This document shows, piece by piece, positions 21,947 to 31,954 of a stretch of DNA of 64,000 bases. Made by a program: the position numbers and the translations under genes. The notes beneath the pieces were generated by a model. The model was given only the letters and a program-made list of their open reading frames with translations. It ran no database searches and was not told the DNA's origin. The first letter of the stretch is position 1. The number at the start of each line of letters is the position of its first letter. Source of the stretch: an uncultured Collinsella sp. (lineage in GTDB: Bacteria; Actinomycetota; Coriobacteriia; Coriobacteriales; Coriobacteriaceae). The DNA is taken from the NCBI GenBank assembly GCA_958439425.1, contig CAUBVH010000009.1, positions 8,770 to 72,769 on the forward strand. The letters run 5' to 3'.

Positions 21947-22160
21947 GACCTTTCCTTTCGTTCGATGGGCGCGACGCCGGGCGATCTGCCCGGGCGCGAG
22001 CGTTGCGTTCGGCGGCCTGCGTTGCGTGGCGCCGCCCCGCCCTTGGTCGAACTCTATAGTGCAGGTTATAGATTAAGCGATTCTTGAGCCAAGATTAATG
22101 TTGGATGAGTTTTTGGGTGGCAGTGAGGAAGGGAGAGGTGCCCTTCTAGGTGGCTAGCAG

Positions 22161-22342
22161 CGAGGTCTAATACTTTTCCGAGAAGTGAACGAGCTAAATC
22201 GGACCCCCGAAGCATCGACACTTTGAGCGTGTCGTTTCCTGCGGTTTCGATACTGGAATCCTGCGATTTTGCCGATGAAAAATGCGGATGCTTCAGGGGT
22301 CCAAAAACAGACGTTCACTCCGCGGAAAAGTATTAGACCTCG
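22161..22342. repeat. Long (~55-60 bp arm) imperfect inverted repeat at the island's left edge
   Basis: CGAGGTCTAATACTTTTCCG..AGTGAACG..GGACCCCCGAAGCATC is paired with GATGCTTCAGGGGTCC..CGTTCACT..CGGAAAAGTATTAGACCTCG. Confidence 0.75.
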
Positions 22343-22425
22343 ATAGCGGGAGATGGGGTGCCGATAGCAAGCTGGGGCCAGAAATGGGATAAGCAAGACG
22401 TACGGATCGCATGAATCAAAATCAC

Positions 22426-22460
22426 GTTGCAAAAGTATGAAAATATCCTACAATTGCAAC
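22426..22460 (+). promoter_or_regulatory. Putative abiE promoter with an inverted-repeat operator; likely leaderless transcript
   Basis: TTGCAA-N16-TACAAT, ATG 7 nt downstream with no SD; GTTGCAA...TTGCAAC inverted repeat brackets the promoter. Confidence 0.5.
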
Positions 22461-23084
22461 ATGAAGTACTTTAGCAACATAACGGCGATAAGCGAGCTTT
22501 CCGAGAGCGAGGGCGTGTTTACCACAGCCCAGGCGGCTCGCATGGGCATCTCTCGAGATGCGCTGGCACATTCATGCCGCGCAGGGCGTCTTGAACGGAT
22601 ATGCCACGGCGCCTACCGGATGTCCGGAACGCAGCGCCGGGACACCGACGAGCTCAACGCTTTTTGGAAGCTCACCAGTCCCTCCCTTTGCGCGTGGGAG
22701 AGAAAGCGCCAGTGGGATGGCATCGCCGTGAGCGGTACGACTGCGGCGAATCTGCAGCAAATGGGCGATTTCTATCTGTCCCCCTACAGGATGACCGCGC
22801 CCACGCGTATCAATACAAGAAACGAATCCCTTTCTTTTGTAAAGCGCGAGATTGCTGAGCGGGACATCGTTTGGCTCGACGGCCTGCCGGTAACTAAACC
22901 CGAGCGCACGCTTGTCGATCTTTGCCTCGATTGCGAGGATCCCTCATTAATTATCGATGCCTATCACGACGCGCTTGGACGTGGACTCGATATACAACGG
23001 CTGAAGGATCTTGTAGAAGAGAACTCTAAAACCGCCAAACGACGCGAGCTGATGGCGCCTTTGCTGATGGTACTGAACGGGTAA
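22461..23084 (+). CDS. Type IV TA antitoxin, AbiEi family
   Basis: GVFTTAQA..GRLERI.HG.Y wHTH and GLPVT.PERTLVD motifs. Confidence 0.85.
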   Translation: MKYFSNITAISELSESEGVFTTAQAARMGISRDALAHSCRAGRLERICHGAYRMSGTQRRDTDELNAFWKLTSPSLCAWERKRQWDGIAVSGTTAANLQQMGDFYLSPYRMTAPTRINTRNESLSFVKREIAERDIVWLDGLPVTKPERTLVDLCLDCEDPSLIIDAYHDALGRGLDIQRLKDLVEENSKTAKRRELMAPLLMVLNG

Positions 23085-23099
23085 TGCGAAACGGAGGAC

Positions 23100-23990
23100 A
23101 TGGTGAAGTACAAAACGCCTGCCGCATTGGAGATGGCTGTTAGGAATGCCGCAAGAGGATCACCAATGGATACTAATCGGGCAATCGTTGGTTTCTACTT
23201 TCATCGCTTCCTATGTCGCGTTTTTTCAGAAGATGACTGCCGTTTTGTGCTTAAAGGTGGTCAAAGCGTCCTGGCGCGAACGCTCGATGCGCGTGTCACA
23301 AGAGATATTGACTTGGTTGCTCAAGAGGAGAGCCTCGAAGAGGCTGTTGCCGATCTGGTGCGGGCGGCTTCGATTGATCTGGAGGATTTCGTTTCGTTTG
23401 TCTTTGATCGTGCAGAGCAGATCAAAGAAGAAGATGAGTATCGGTGCGGTGCTAAGGTATGGTTCACCCCCTTTATGGGAACCAAGAAGCTACAGCCAAT
23501 TTCAATTGACTTGGTAATTGATGAAGTGCGGGGACTTGAGCCTGAGGTTCTCGTGCCGATCGATCGTTTGAATATCGAGGGGCTCCCAGTCTGCGACTAT
23601 CGAGTATGCCGAGTGGAGAGCGCCCTTGCAGATAAATTGCTCGCAATGATAGAGATGCATGAGGGCCGTGCCTCTTCGCGAATCAAGGATATAGTCGACA
23701 TCTTGGTGTACGCGAAAACTTGCTTCATCGATGGGGCTACACTTATCGAGAGAGTCGAGAAAGAAGCGTCTGTCCGCAAGGTGGCAATGCCGGAAGAGTT
23801 CGTGGCGCCTCTCTGGTGGAAACAAAATGGTTCTGCGCAGTATGTAAAGATGGCTAGGCAGGCGGGGGTACTTGATCTCGCGGGGAGTATCACTGGAGCA
23901 GAAGAGGTCGTCAATCGGTTGTATGCTCCGTGCTTCGATCGTTCGGAGAATGTGCGCAAATGGAATCCCCAGACTACGGGATGGGAGTAG
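23100..23990 (+). CDS. Type IV TA toxin, AbiEii nucleotidyltransferase
   Basis: VLKGG, R.TRDIDL, ADKL and SRIKDIVD motifs. Confidence 0.9.
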   Translation: MVKYKTPAALEMAVRNAARGSPMDTNRAIVGFYFHRFLCRVFSEDDCRFVLKGGQSVLARTLDARVTRDIDLVAQEESLEEAVADLVRAASIDLEDFVSFVFDRAEQIKEEDEYRCGAKVWFTPFMGTKKLQPISIDLVIDEVRGLEPEVLVPIDRLNIEGLPVCDYRVCRVESALADKLLAMIEMHEGRASSRIKDIVDILVYAKTCFIDGATLIERVEKEASVRKVAMPEEFVAPLWWKQNGSAQYVKMARQAGVLDLAGSITGAEEVVNRLYAPCFDRSENVRKWNPQTTGWE

Positions 23991-24001
23991 CCCAGACAGT
24001 T

Positions 24002-24036
24002 AAGCCGGCGGCAGGAGCTGGTCCCGCCGCCGGCTT
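24002..24036. terminator. GC-rich hairpin between convergent genes
   Basis: AAGCCGGCGG...CCGCCGGCTT. Confidence 0.6.
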
Positions 24037-24059
24037 GGGGCGTTACTGCTGCCTATGTG

Positions 24060-25496
24060 TTACTCGCAGATTTGGTCGAGCACTTCGGTGATGGTCTTTT
24101 TTGCGACTTCGAGGTTGCGCTGGGCTTGGGCGACGGCAGCCTCGGCTTGTTTCTTTGTTTCTACGACCTCGGCAAAGCGATTGATGGATTCGCTGTACTC
24201 GCGCGTGCGCGGGTCGAGCGCTGGCGGGACTTCGATCTCGAACAGGTCGTTAGGGCGGATGGCGCGGATGCTGGCTGCTTCGGTTAATGCTTGAATCAGC
24301 TGTGCCCCATGGCCTTCGGTAAGGTATCCAACGATTATCTCCGAAAACACTACGCGCTCCTCTTCGGTCATCGTTTGGAACGACGGGCGAATGACGGTGG
24401 TGTTATGCGAAGCAACTAGGTGTTGCTTCGCGTCATCGGCGCTGACGACGAGCAGGTTGGACGCGCCGTAGCGACCCAGCATGCGTGGCATGACGATATC
24501 TCCAGCGCGGAGCTCATATCGATCGAGAACGCTGGGGTTCACCTTTACGATTTTGGAATCCGAGCTATTTGCACTCTCTACAGCATATGCGGGTAGAAGG
24601 TTGCCATCTTGAAAATCCTGAGATGAGATGCGGCGTACCTCGATTGCATCAATGTCGTTTGATGTGGTGCTCTCGCGGGGCATAAATGGAGCTACTCGCG
24701 TAAAAGCGTCACCGAGCGTAGCCCTGTAGTTTCGGGTGAGGCTGATAAGGCTGATTTTGCCTTTTGAGAGGGCTGCGCGATGCAGCAGCAATTCACGCGT
24801 GGCAAAAGTGGACGTTTCGATAGGCGTTGATCTGGGCGTATTGGTATCAATGCGGGCCCAGTCGGGGGAGATGGAAAAGGTGATATCTGAGTAATACGAT
24901 GTTTCTGTCACATATCGAAAACGCGGCCCGGATTCGATTGCGCTGCGAAATGCAACGCTGCGATTTCCTGAAGACAATATGAGAAGCGCGCTTGTCATGT
25001 AGGGCCTGGGTTCAGAAAGTGGCAAATACACGACGCTCTCGATGAGTCCTTCGCGTATCAGGATCGTGCGCGCCTGCTCGGCTTTATCGAGTAGGTCGGC
25101 GGGCAGCACTACGGCTGCGCGAGTGCGATTCGAAAGGGCGAGCGCATACAGACACCAAATAAAGGGACCCCAGTCACAGAAATCGAGGTAGCCGGGCTCT
25201 AAGTAATCGATCAAGGCGATACATTCTTTTTCGATGTCGTGTTTGCCCGTACGGTAATACCCCGATGCGTCGATAAACACCGGAGCCGCATCGCCATTGC
25301 CCGCGCCCTGCCTGCCGGGTTCAAGCTCGCAAATATCGGGTACGCCGTTGCTGTTCAGGCTGAAACATTCACGAAGCGCCTTACAGTCGATGGCGCCAGG
25401 CAGACGGACGGTGAGTAGACGGCTGCCCTGCTCCAGATTAAGCGCGCGTGAGAGGGCGGCGGCGGTGAGACGTGGCAATGATGTTGTTTCACGCAT
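24060..25496 (-). CDS. Degenerate N6-methyltransferase (HsdM-like) fused to a single HsdS-like target-recognition domain
   Basis: RAAVVLP..ART.LIREGLIESVVYLP (HsdM C-terminal pattern); LRAGDIVMPR and NDLFEIEVPP (TRD-CR pattern); no FxGxG or NPPY/F motif seen. Confidence 0.55.
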   Translation of the reverse strand: MRETTSLPRLTAAALSRALNLEQGSRLLTVRLPGAIDCKALRECFSLNSNGVPDICELEPGRQGAGNGDAAPVFIDASGYYRTGKHDIEKECIALIDYLEPGYLDFCDWGPFIWCLYALALSNRTRAAVVLPADLLDKAEQARTILIREGLIESVVYLPLSEPRPYMTSALLILSSGNRSVAFRSAIESGPRFRYVTETSYYSDITFSISPDWARIDTNTPRSTPIETSTFATRELLLHRAALSKGKISLISLTRNYRATLGDAFTRVAPFMPRESTTSNDIDAIEVRRISSQDFQDGNLLPAYAVESANSSDSKIVKVNPSVLDRYELRAGDIVMPRMLGRYGASNLLVVSADDAKQHLVASHNTTVIRPSFQTMTEEERVVFSEIIVGYLTEGHGAQLIQALTEAASIRAIRPNDLFEIEVPPALDPRTREYSESINRFAEVVETKKQAEAAVAQAQRNLEVAKKTITEVLDQICE

Positions 25497-25786
25497 GTAT
25501 AGAGCCCTTTCTTCTTAGTGGGTTATATATTAGCAGAAAATTTTGATAATTTCTAATGACGAGAACAGAGCACTGTGCTATTCTCGAAGTAATCCAAAAC
25601 CAACTCAATACAAACTGCTTGATGCAATCGCTACACAGCCTTTAGGTAAACTGCGCTATCAAGCAGGGTGATTTCACTAACGAAGCTACAGGTTAGGTCG
25701 ATTGTCATCGTCCATGCCTCAGACCATTCTAAAACATAGAACAGACTTATCGACAAACATCCGCAACCGGATAGGAAGAAGCATTC

Positions 25787-26704
25787 ATGAAGAATGAAGA
25801 CAGCATTTACGAGGTGTTCCTCAACACGATCGACGAAGATCTCCGCAGCATGTGCAAAAAGAACGGGAAGGCAGAGATGCCGTTTCCGTATCCGTACTGC
25901 GGCGAGCAGGATACCGAGCGCTTGGCCAAGGCACTCGTTGACGTGCTGGAAAAGCACTCGCCCGATATTCCCGGGCTGGTGCCCGAGCAGTATCGAGACG
26001 ATGTGCACGAGGCCCGCGAGCTTTTGGCCGCAGCGTCGCTCGCTTTGTTGTCGCTGTATTTTCCCCAGCGCGATAACTGCGCGCACTGCATGGCCATCTT
26101 AATTGGCATGTTTGAGCACGGAAGCAATCCGCGCTTTAAGTCGAGCGGTGTGCGCATGTTCGAGCAGGTTACGACAGGTATGAAGTACTCGTCTGAACAA
26201 GGTGGATATATTCTGTCTCGCTTTGTGCGAAGCATTGACTACAAAAGACCCTGCGACCACGTGCATCGCGATGGCTCGCGCGGTTTTACGGCGGACGAGG
26301 ACGATGCCGTCATGTTTTATAAGCGCTATCTCAAGGTGCAGAGACACGTATTCGATACCAGTCCGCGTTTCAACTTTGAGCTATGCGTCAAACGCCCGTT
26401 TGAGGCTCTTTCGGACAATCGGGAGAACTTTTATTGCATGGAGGAAAAGATGGAAATCGATTTGGCAACTAAGGTACGGGAGCTCCAGGACCGCTACACC
26501 CTCAACTTCGCTCAGGCCAAAGAGTATGACCTGCTCGACAAGCTGATGATTGATGCATTGCTTGCATATCTGCGCGACGGGTCAGTCTCAATCGCGGCGC
26601 GCGAGAGCTATGTGGCGCAAACCGAGCGTCTGATTGACGGTGCGGTCAAGTTGCCGTGTGCGACGAGCCCCAAGGAGGGCGCAGACGTCGACCGTATTTC
26701 CTAG
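25787..26704 (+). CDS. Hypothetical protein; putative stand-alone VirD4 all-alpha-domain homologue
   Basis: EARELLAA..LY...FKSSGVRMFEQVTTG...DAVMFYKRY aligns by eye with the helical inserts of the VirD4 and ClpX-like ORFs in this window. Confidence 0.5.
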   Translation: MKNEDSIYEVFLNTIDEDLRSMCKKNGKAEMPFPYPYCGEQDTERLAKALVDVLEKHSPDIPGLVPEQYRDDVHEARELLAAASLALLSLYFPQRDNCAHCMAILIGMFEHGSNPRFKSSGVRMFEQVTTGMKYSSEQGGYILSRFVRSIDYKRPCDHVHRDGSRGFTADEDDAVMFYKRYLKVQRHVFDTSPRFNFELCVKRPFEALSDNRENFYCMEEKMEIDLATKVRELQDRYTLNFAQAKEYDLLDKLMIDALLAYLRDGSVSIAARESYVAQTERLIDGAVKLPCATSPKEGADVDRIS

Positions 26705-26742
26705 CAATCACGCAGAACTATCGACAAGAAAGGGGCCGTGCA

Positions 26743-28227
26743 ATGTCGGTCATTAAGATGTACGGCTACGAGGCCGCGCAGCAAACGGAGTATCAGACCA
26801 AGAAGTGGGCGACCAAGGAGGAAATGCAGACGCTGTCATCCGGCGATGAGCAGCGCGATGTGATCTTGGCGCAAGGTGCCACGGTGGCTTTCTACGAGGG
26901 CGACAAGCACTGGGAGACGAGCGTGTCCAACAATGTGTTTGCCTTTGGCGGTACCGGCAGCGGCAAAACGGCGAGTTTCATTTTGCCCAACCTGCTCAAT
27001 CACCACGAGTGCTGCTATGTGGTCACGGACACCAAGGGCGAGCTGCTGCGCCGTACGGGGAAGGGCTTCGAGGAGGACGGCTACGAGGTAACGGTTCTCG
27101 ACACCATCAATCCCGAGCAGTCGTCCGGGTACGATCCTTTGCGCTACGTGATGGATGTCGAGGATATCCCCACCACAGTGGCGTCAATCATGGAGGGGGT
27201 CGATCCTGACAGGCGTAGCTTTAGGGACGATCCGTTTTGGGACAATGCGAGCGATCTGCTACTTCGAGCGATTATTGGAATCCTGTTCCTCTTAGAGTGC
27301 CTTGCCGGCACATTTGCGCCGGACGGGGATCCCGCAGCTCCGCGACGCTATCTTAAGATGAACAACGTCTTTAAGCTGGCGGCACTCATCAAGGTTACGG
27401 GAGATGGCGAGGGACGATTTCCGCTGGATCACCTTGTGGAGCAGGTGGAGTCCAAGGAATTTTTTGGCAAGTATGATTCTGCGAACGCGGACCTGTATGG
27501 CGTTGAACAGTATCGTGATTTTCGCGGGGCAGCCGATAGAACGCTTAAGAGCATTCTGATCACGCTTAACGCGACCATCTCGCGGCTTAAGACCCCCCAG
27601 CTCATGCGCGTCTTTGAGAAAGACGAGATGCGCCTCGACCGTATCGACGAGGGCAAGCGCGTAATCGATCTTAAGGTGAGCGACAACGACTCGACCAATG
27701 CATGGCTTGCGAACGTTGCCCTTAAGCAGCTGTTTAACCTGGCCCAGCGCCGCGCTGATTCCAACCCCAGCGGGCATTTGCAGCGCCACGTGCAGTTTAT
27801 TCTGGATGAGTTTCCCAACGTGGGCCGCATTCCCGATTTTGAGCGGAGTATTGCGACCGTGCGCAGCCGTGGCATTAGCTTTTTGATGTGCGCGCAATCG
27901 CTGAGTCAGCTCGATGGTGCGTACGGCAAATCCGCAGCGCTTACCATCCTCGATAACTGCGACAGCTTGATCTATATGGGCGGCGGCAGCAACATCGCGA
28001 CACAGGAGTACATAAGCAATCTGTGCGGCGAGTCGGTTCTGGGCACCAATTACGTGGGCGCCGAGCGTACTGCCGTCGATGTGCGCGGTTGCGTGATAAC
28101 CCCGGGCGAGGTGGGGCTTATGCCGCGTACCGACTGCCTGGTCAAAGTAACCGGCATGCGCCCCTTCCGTGCCAAGAAGTATTTTTGCGGCGACCATCCC
28201 AATGCGGCCAAGTGGCTGAGGGATTAG
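26743..28227 (+). CDS. VirD4/TraG-like type IV coupling ATPase lacking N-terminal TM segments
   Basis: GGTGSGKT, VVTDTKGEL, DPFW, FILDEFPN, RSRGI and QSLSQL motifs. Confidence 0.88.
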   Translation: MSVIKMYGYEAAQQTEYQTKKWATKEEMQTLSSGDEQRDVILAQGATVAFYEGDKHWETSVSNNVFAFGGTGSGKTASFILPNLLNHHECCYVVTDTKGELLRRTGKGFEEDGYEVTVLDTINPEQSSGYDPLRYVMDVEDIPTTVASIMEGVDPDRRSFRDDPFWDNASDLLLRAIIGILFLLECLAGTFAPDGDPAAPRRYLKMNNVFKLAALIKVTGDGEGRFPLDHLVEQVESKEFFGKYDSANADLYGVEQYRDFRGAADRTLKSILITLNATISRLKTPQLMRVFEKDEMRLDRIDEGKRVIDLKVSDNDSTNAWLANVALKQLFNLAQRRADSNPSGHLQRHVQFILDEFPNVGRIPDFERSIATVRSRGISFLMCAQSLSQLDGAYGKSAALTILDNCDSLIYMGGGSNIATQEYISNLCGESVLGTNYVGAERTAVDVRGCVITPGEVGLMPRTDCLVKVTGMRPFRAKKYFCGDHPNAAKWLRD

Positions 28228-28341
28228 TCCTTGCAGCTTCGCGCGCTCCATCTTGCCTATTTGACCGCACGGCTTCCATTGGCCGCTAGCCGTGCGGCCT
28301 CGTTTTACTTCCTTACCGATTCCGTTTAGAAGGGAATTACC

Positions 28342-28944
28342 ATGTCCGTTATGTATCGTGAGCCTAGCATTATCAAGAAGTCCAAGGACGGTCGCGTTGC
28401 CGCCGTCGATATGGCAAGTGAGCTGCTTAACAGCCGCGTGCTGCTGCTGGAAGGCGAGGTCAACGATGTGACCTGCAATGGCCTTATTAAGTCCATGCTG
28501 GTGTTGGAGCATCAGAGCGCCACCGAGCCCATCACCCTCATCATCAACAGCCCGGGCGGTAGCGTTACGGCGGGGCTGGCGCTCATCGACACCATGCAGT
28601 CGCTCGACTGCCCCGTGATCACGGTGGGCGAGGGCGTCGTGGCCTCGATGGCCGCGGTGATCTTGGCCTGCGGCGACCACCGCCAGGTATACCGCCACAC
28701 GCAAGTGCTCATCCACCAGTTGATGGGCGGCACGGGCATGGCGCAGCAGACCGATATCGAGATCGTGGCCCAGCACACGGCGGCCATGCGCGCCGAGCTG
28801 GACGAGCTGCTGGCCGAGCATGGCAACCTGAGCGCCCAGGAGTTCCACGAGCTCACCGAGCGCGACTGCTGGTGCAACGCCAGGCGCGCTCTGGAGTTGG
28901 GTCTGGTGGACGAGGCGATTGCTCCGAGTAAGAAGGCGCTCTAG
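28342..28944 (+). CDS. clpP: ClpP-family serine protease (island copy)
   Basis: INSPGGSV, ASMAA (Ser), LIHQ (His) and ERDCW (Asp). Confidence 0.9.
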   Translation: MSVMYREPSIIKKSKDGRVAAVDMASELLNSRVLLLEGEVNDVTCNGLIKSMLVLEHQSATEPITLIINSPGGSVTAGLALIDTMQSLDCPVITVGEGVVASMAAVILACGDHRQVYRHTQVLIHQLMGGTGMAQQTDIEIVAQHTAAMRAELDELLAEHGNLSAQEFHELTERDCWCNARRALELGLVDEAIAPSKKAL

Positions 28945-29018
28945 CGGGGCTCATGTCTTGTGGGCATATAGAGCGGGGCGAACGATCGCGTAGTTTAACG
29001 GCCAGAAAGAGGTTGAAC

Positions 29019-29846
29019 ATGAGCAGGATTTGGGATGTCGACGGCATTGAGTGGGAAGACCTGCCCACCGTGAGCGACCTGCTGTGCGCTGCGGACACAA
29101 AGATCCTGGCGCGCGAGGTTGCCCTGCGATACGGCGGCAAGCCGGACGGCCGCGGCCGTGTCGATAACGAGCGCAGCTTAAAGCGCGCCCGCCGCAAGGT
29201 CAAAAAGCTGCGCAAGGTTGACCCCGAGCCCAGCGACAATATCGTCCTGCTGCCCAAGCACGTCATCAATCGTCGTGGTGCAGGCCACGGCTTTGGCTAT
29301 TACGACGTGGAGCCGTGCATCTTTACACGCGGCGGCGTTCAAATGCTAGGTGAGGATGTGCTCGCCAAAGTACGTCCGTGGGAATTGATCTTGATGGATG
29401 ATGAGTCCGCGAGCGAAATGCTGGGCTATCGCGTATGGCTCGGCGGCGAGTGGGACCTGTGCGAGCGCTACCGCTTTTTGGCCGTGGTGTGCGTTCGCAT
29501 GCTGAACAGCATCCGGGCGCAAAAGGAGCTGCGCAAGTGCCTCGTGCAGGGCGAGACAGCCTGTGATATGGACGAGGACGAGGCGATCGAAGGGATTCGC
29601 CGCGACGTGCTGTATCCCGAGGAAGTGATCAACGCCAAACTCGGCGGCTATTGGGATGCGAGTTTGGGACTCAACCTGCCCTGGAAGAACGAGCACCGGC
29701 AGACTTGCACGCGAATCGACAGGGCTATCGATGACCTGTTTTCTAAGGAAACGAAGCGCTGCGCTGCCGAGCTTGGGAAGAAACTTGAGCGAGGGTATGA
29801 GGAGCGCAGGGAGGTGCCGTTGTTTCAATCATTCACCGACGAATGA
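29019..29846 (+). CDS. Hypothetical protein
   Basis: Long ORF with AGAGG RBS, co-oriented with virD4-clpP. Confidence 0.6.
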   Translation: MSRIWDVDGIEWEDLPTVSDLLCAADTKILAREVALRYGGKPDGRGRVDNERSLKRARRKVKKLRKVDPEPSDNIVLLPKHVINRRGAGHGFGYYDVEPCIFTRGGVQMLGEDVLAKVRPWELILMDDESASEMLGYRVWLGGEWDLCERYRFLAVVCVRMLNSIRAQKELRKCLVQGETACDMDEDEAIEGIRRDVLYPEEVINAKLGGYWDASLGLNLPWKNEHRQTCTRIDRAIDDLFSKETKRCAAELGKKLERGYEERREVPLFQSFTDE

Positions 29847-29924
29847 GAAAAAGGCGGCGGCCGCGGTCCCCCGCGGGATTATCCTGGACCTATTACGTGA
29901 GCGGTGCGCGGGCGAGGAGCAATC

Positions 29925-30701
29925 ATGGCTGGTCGTGGAAGCAAATGGTCGAGGGAAGAAACCCTTGCGGCTCTGTTTCTGTACCTCGCCCTACCATCGA
30001 AAAAGGTTGATGATACAAACGAGGATGTCCAGGCGCTAGCTAAGGCCATTGGCAGAACGCCGGGCGCGGTTGCTCTAAAAATCTGGAACCTTGCATCATT
30101 CGATGAGCGTCGACGTGCTCGCGGCAAGGTTGGAATGACCCATGCAAGCAAAATGGACAAGATGGTTTGGGCTGAGTATTCCTCTGCTGGTGATGAGCTT
30201 GTCGAGGAGGCGACTGAGGTTTTCCTCAACCGTTTCGATTTTAAAGAACCGCTAAGTGATGAGCTGAAAGAGACGATCGGCTTTGATTTGCCAGAGGGCA
30301 AGGAGCGCGAGGCAATTGTTTCGATGCGGGTGAACCAGGAGTTCTTTCGAAATACCCTGCTCGTCAATTACGATTCAAGATGCTGCTTGACGGGGCTAAC
30401 GAACAAGGCTCTGTTGGTTGCTAGCCATATCAAGCCCTGGAAAGTCTCTGATCCAAAGACGGAGCGACTCGCGCCCGACAACGGCTTGCTTTTGAACGCA
30501 TTGCACGATAAAGCGTTCGACCGGGGACTAATCACCATTACGAAGGACCTAAAGATAGTGGTGTCTAGCGTGGTCGAGCACGAAACTCCTGAGGACGAGT
30601 ACTTGTGGCGCTACAACGGAGAGCCGATTACGCTTCCGAAACGATTCGCCCCAAGAGCTGAGTTTATTGAATATCACAACGATATGGTGTTTAAGGGGTA
30701 G
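29925..30701 (+). CDS. HNH endonuclease (putative restriction/defence nuclease)
   Basis: RVNQEFFR, CCLTG, ASHIKPW, NGLLL..LHDKAFD and YHN motifs; N-terminal WSREE..GRTPGAV domain. Confidence 0.88.
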   Translation: MAGRGSKWSREETLAALFLYLALPSKKVDDTNEDVQALAKAIGRTPGAVALKIWNLASFDERRRARGKVGMTHASKMDKMVWAEYSSAGDELVEEATEVFLNRFDFKEPLSDELKETIGFDLPEGKEREAIVSMRVNQEFFRNTLLVNYDSRCCLTGLTNKALLVASHIKPWKVSDPKTERLAPDNGLLLNALHDKAFDRGLITITKDLKIVVSSVVEHETPEDEYLWRYNGEPITLPKRFAPRAEFIEYHNDMVFKG

Positions 30702-30996
30702 GGGTCCGTATGGAAAGCCCGAGTTGAAAGCGATTGTTGTTAAGACGTTGCTTAAGCGTCCTCGTTATCCGGAGACATTTTTAGTATTTGAGGGTCGTTA
30801 TTAATTATTAGGAATGATTTTCGAAGAGTATTGGCTTTATTTGGCTTAACGATGGATATGGGGGTGCGTGCCATGCTTCGCTGCCGATTCTTGGGTTGAG
30901 GAAAGGGATATTGATGTGCGCAACGTGTGTTGTGTCCCAGCTAGCGTCTAAACTAAAATCCTTGAGTCTGAACATGGACGGCGCATCGGAGGTTTG

Positions 30997-31830
30997 ATGT
31001 CGGTAATTGTTCCCCCCATTAAATGCCAGGGAATTAAAACGAAGCTAGTCCCCTTCATTGAGGAGATAATAAACTGGGATAAGCAGCAGGGGATATGGTA
31101 CGAGCCGTTTTTGGGGAGCGGGGTTGTGCTATTTAACGTTTGTCCACAGAGAGCGGTGGTCGGTGATCGCAATCAACACATTATTGATTTTTATAGAAGC
31201 GTGCAGCGGCATGAAATAACATCAGAGTCTATGCGGGAATACCTTGAACGCGAATCTGTGATGTTGCGTACTGGTGGAGCGGAATACTACTACGAGGTAA
31301 GGGACAGATTCAATACAAGTCATTCACCGTATGACTTTATCTTCTTAAATAGGTCCTGTTTTAACGGCGTTATGCGTTTCAATAGGAGCGGGATGTTTAA
31401 CGTTCCATTTTGCAAGAAGCCCGAGCGTTTTTCCAGGTCGTATATAACTAAGATATGCAATCAGATTGATAGGGTGCAGGCTGCCATGGAAGGCAAAGAC
31501 TGGGAGTTCAAATCTTGCGATTGGAAAGAGATTATGCGGGCGCCAAGAAAAGGCGACTGTGTTTATCTCGACCCTCCTTATATCGGCCGCGATACAAATT
31601 ATGTGGGTGAATGGCCAGAGTCTGAAGCTGTTGCTCTGGCTGATGCTGCTCATGCGACTCAGGCGGATGTCTATCTTTCCATGTGGAAAGAGAATAAGTA
31701 CAGGGTGAATGAGCATATTGAAAACTGTTGGAGTGATTTTGAGTGCTTTGAATTCTCCCATTTTTATCACGTCGGCTCGAAGCAGAGCTTACGCAATTCA
31801 ATGATCGAAGCGCTTCTCGTGAAGGCCTAA
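30997..31830 (+). CDS. Dam-family N6-adenine DNA methyltransferase, M.EcoRV-like
   Basis: PPIKCQGIKTKLV, EPFLGSG, FNG.MRFN..G.FNVPF and DPPY motifs. Confidence 0.9.
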   Translation: MSVIVPPIKCQGIKTKLVPFIEEIINWDKQQGIWYEPFLGSGVVLFNVCPQRAVVGDRNQHIIDFYRSVQRHEITSESMREYLERESVMLRTGGAEYYYEVRDRFNTSHSPYDFIFLNRSCFNGVMRFNRSGMFNVPFCKKPERFSRSYITKICNQIDRVQAAMEGKDWEFKSCDWKEIMRAPRKGDCVYLDPPYIGRDTNYVGEWPESEAVALADAAHATQADVYLSMWKENKYRVNEHIENCWSDFECFEFSHFYHVGSKQSLRNSMIEALLVKA

Positions 31831-31954
31831 GAAATAACTCTTACTTGGTTCATGTGCTGGAAATGATGATATAGAAGTAGATGGAATAACGTCCCCTAGT
31901 CCACCTTTAATCTCGTGTTTCCCTTTCCTTCGTCCACTTTTCTCCTAATAGCCG

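Noticed and set aside
22154..22432. 92-aa minus-strand ORF
   Set aside because: It overlaps the long inverted repeat and has no RBS or motif
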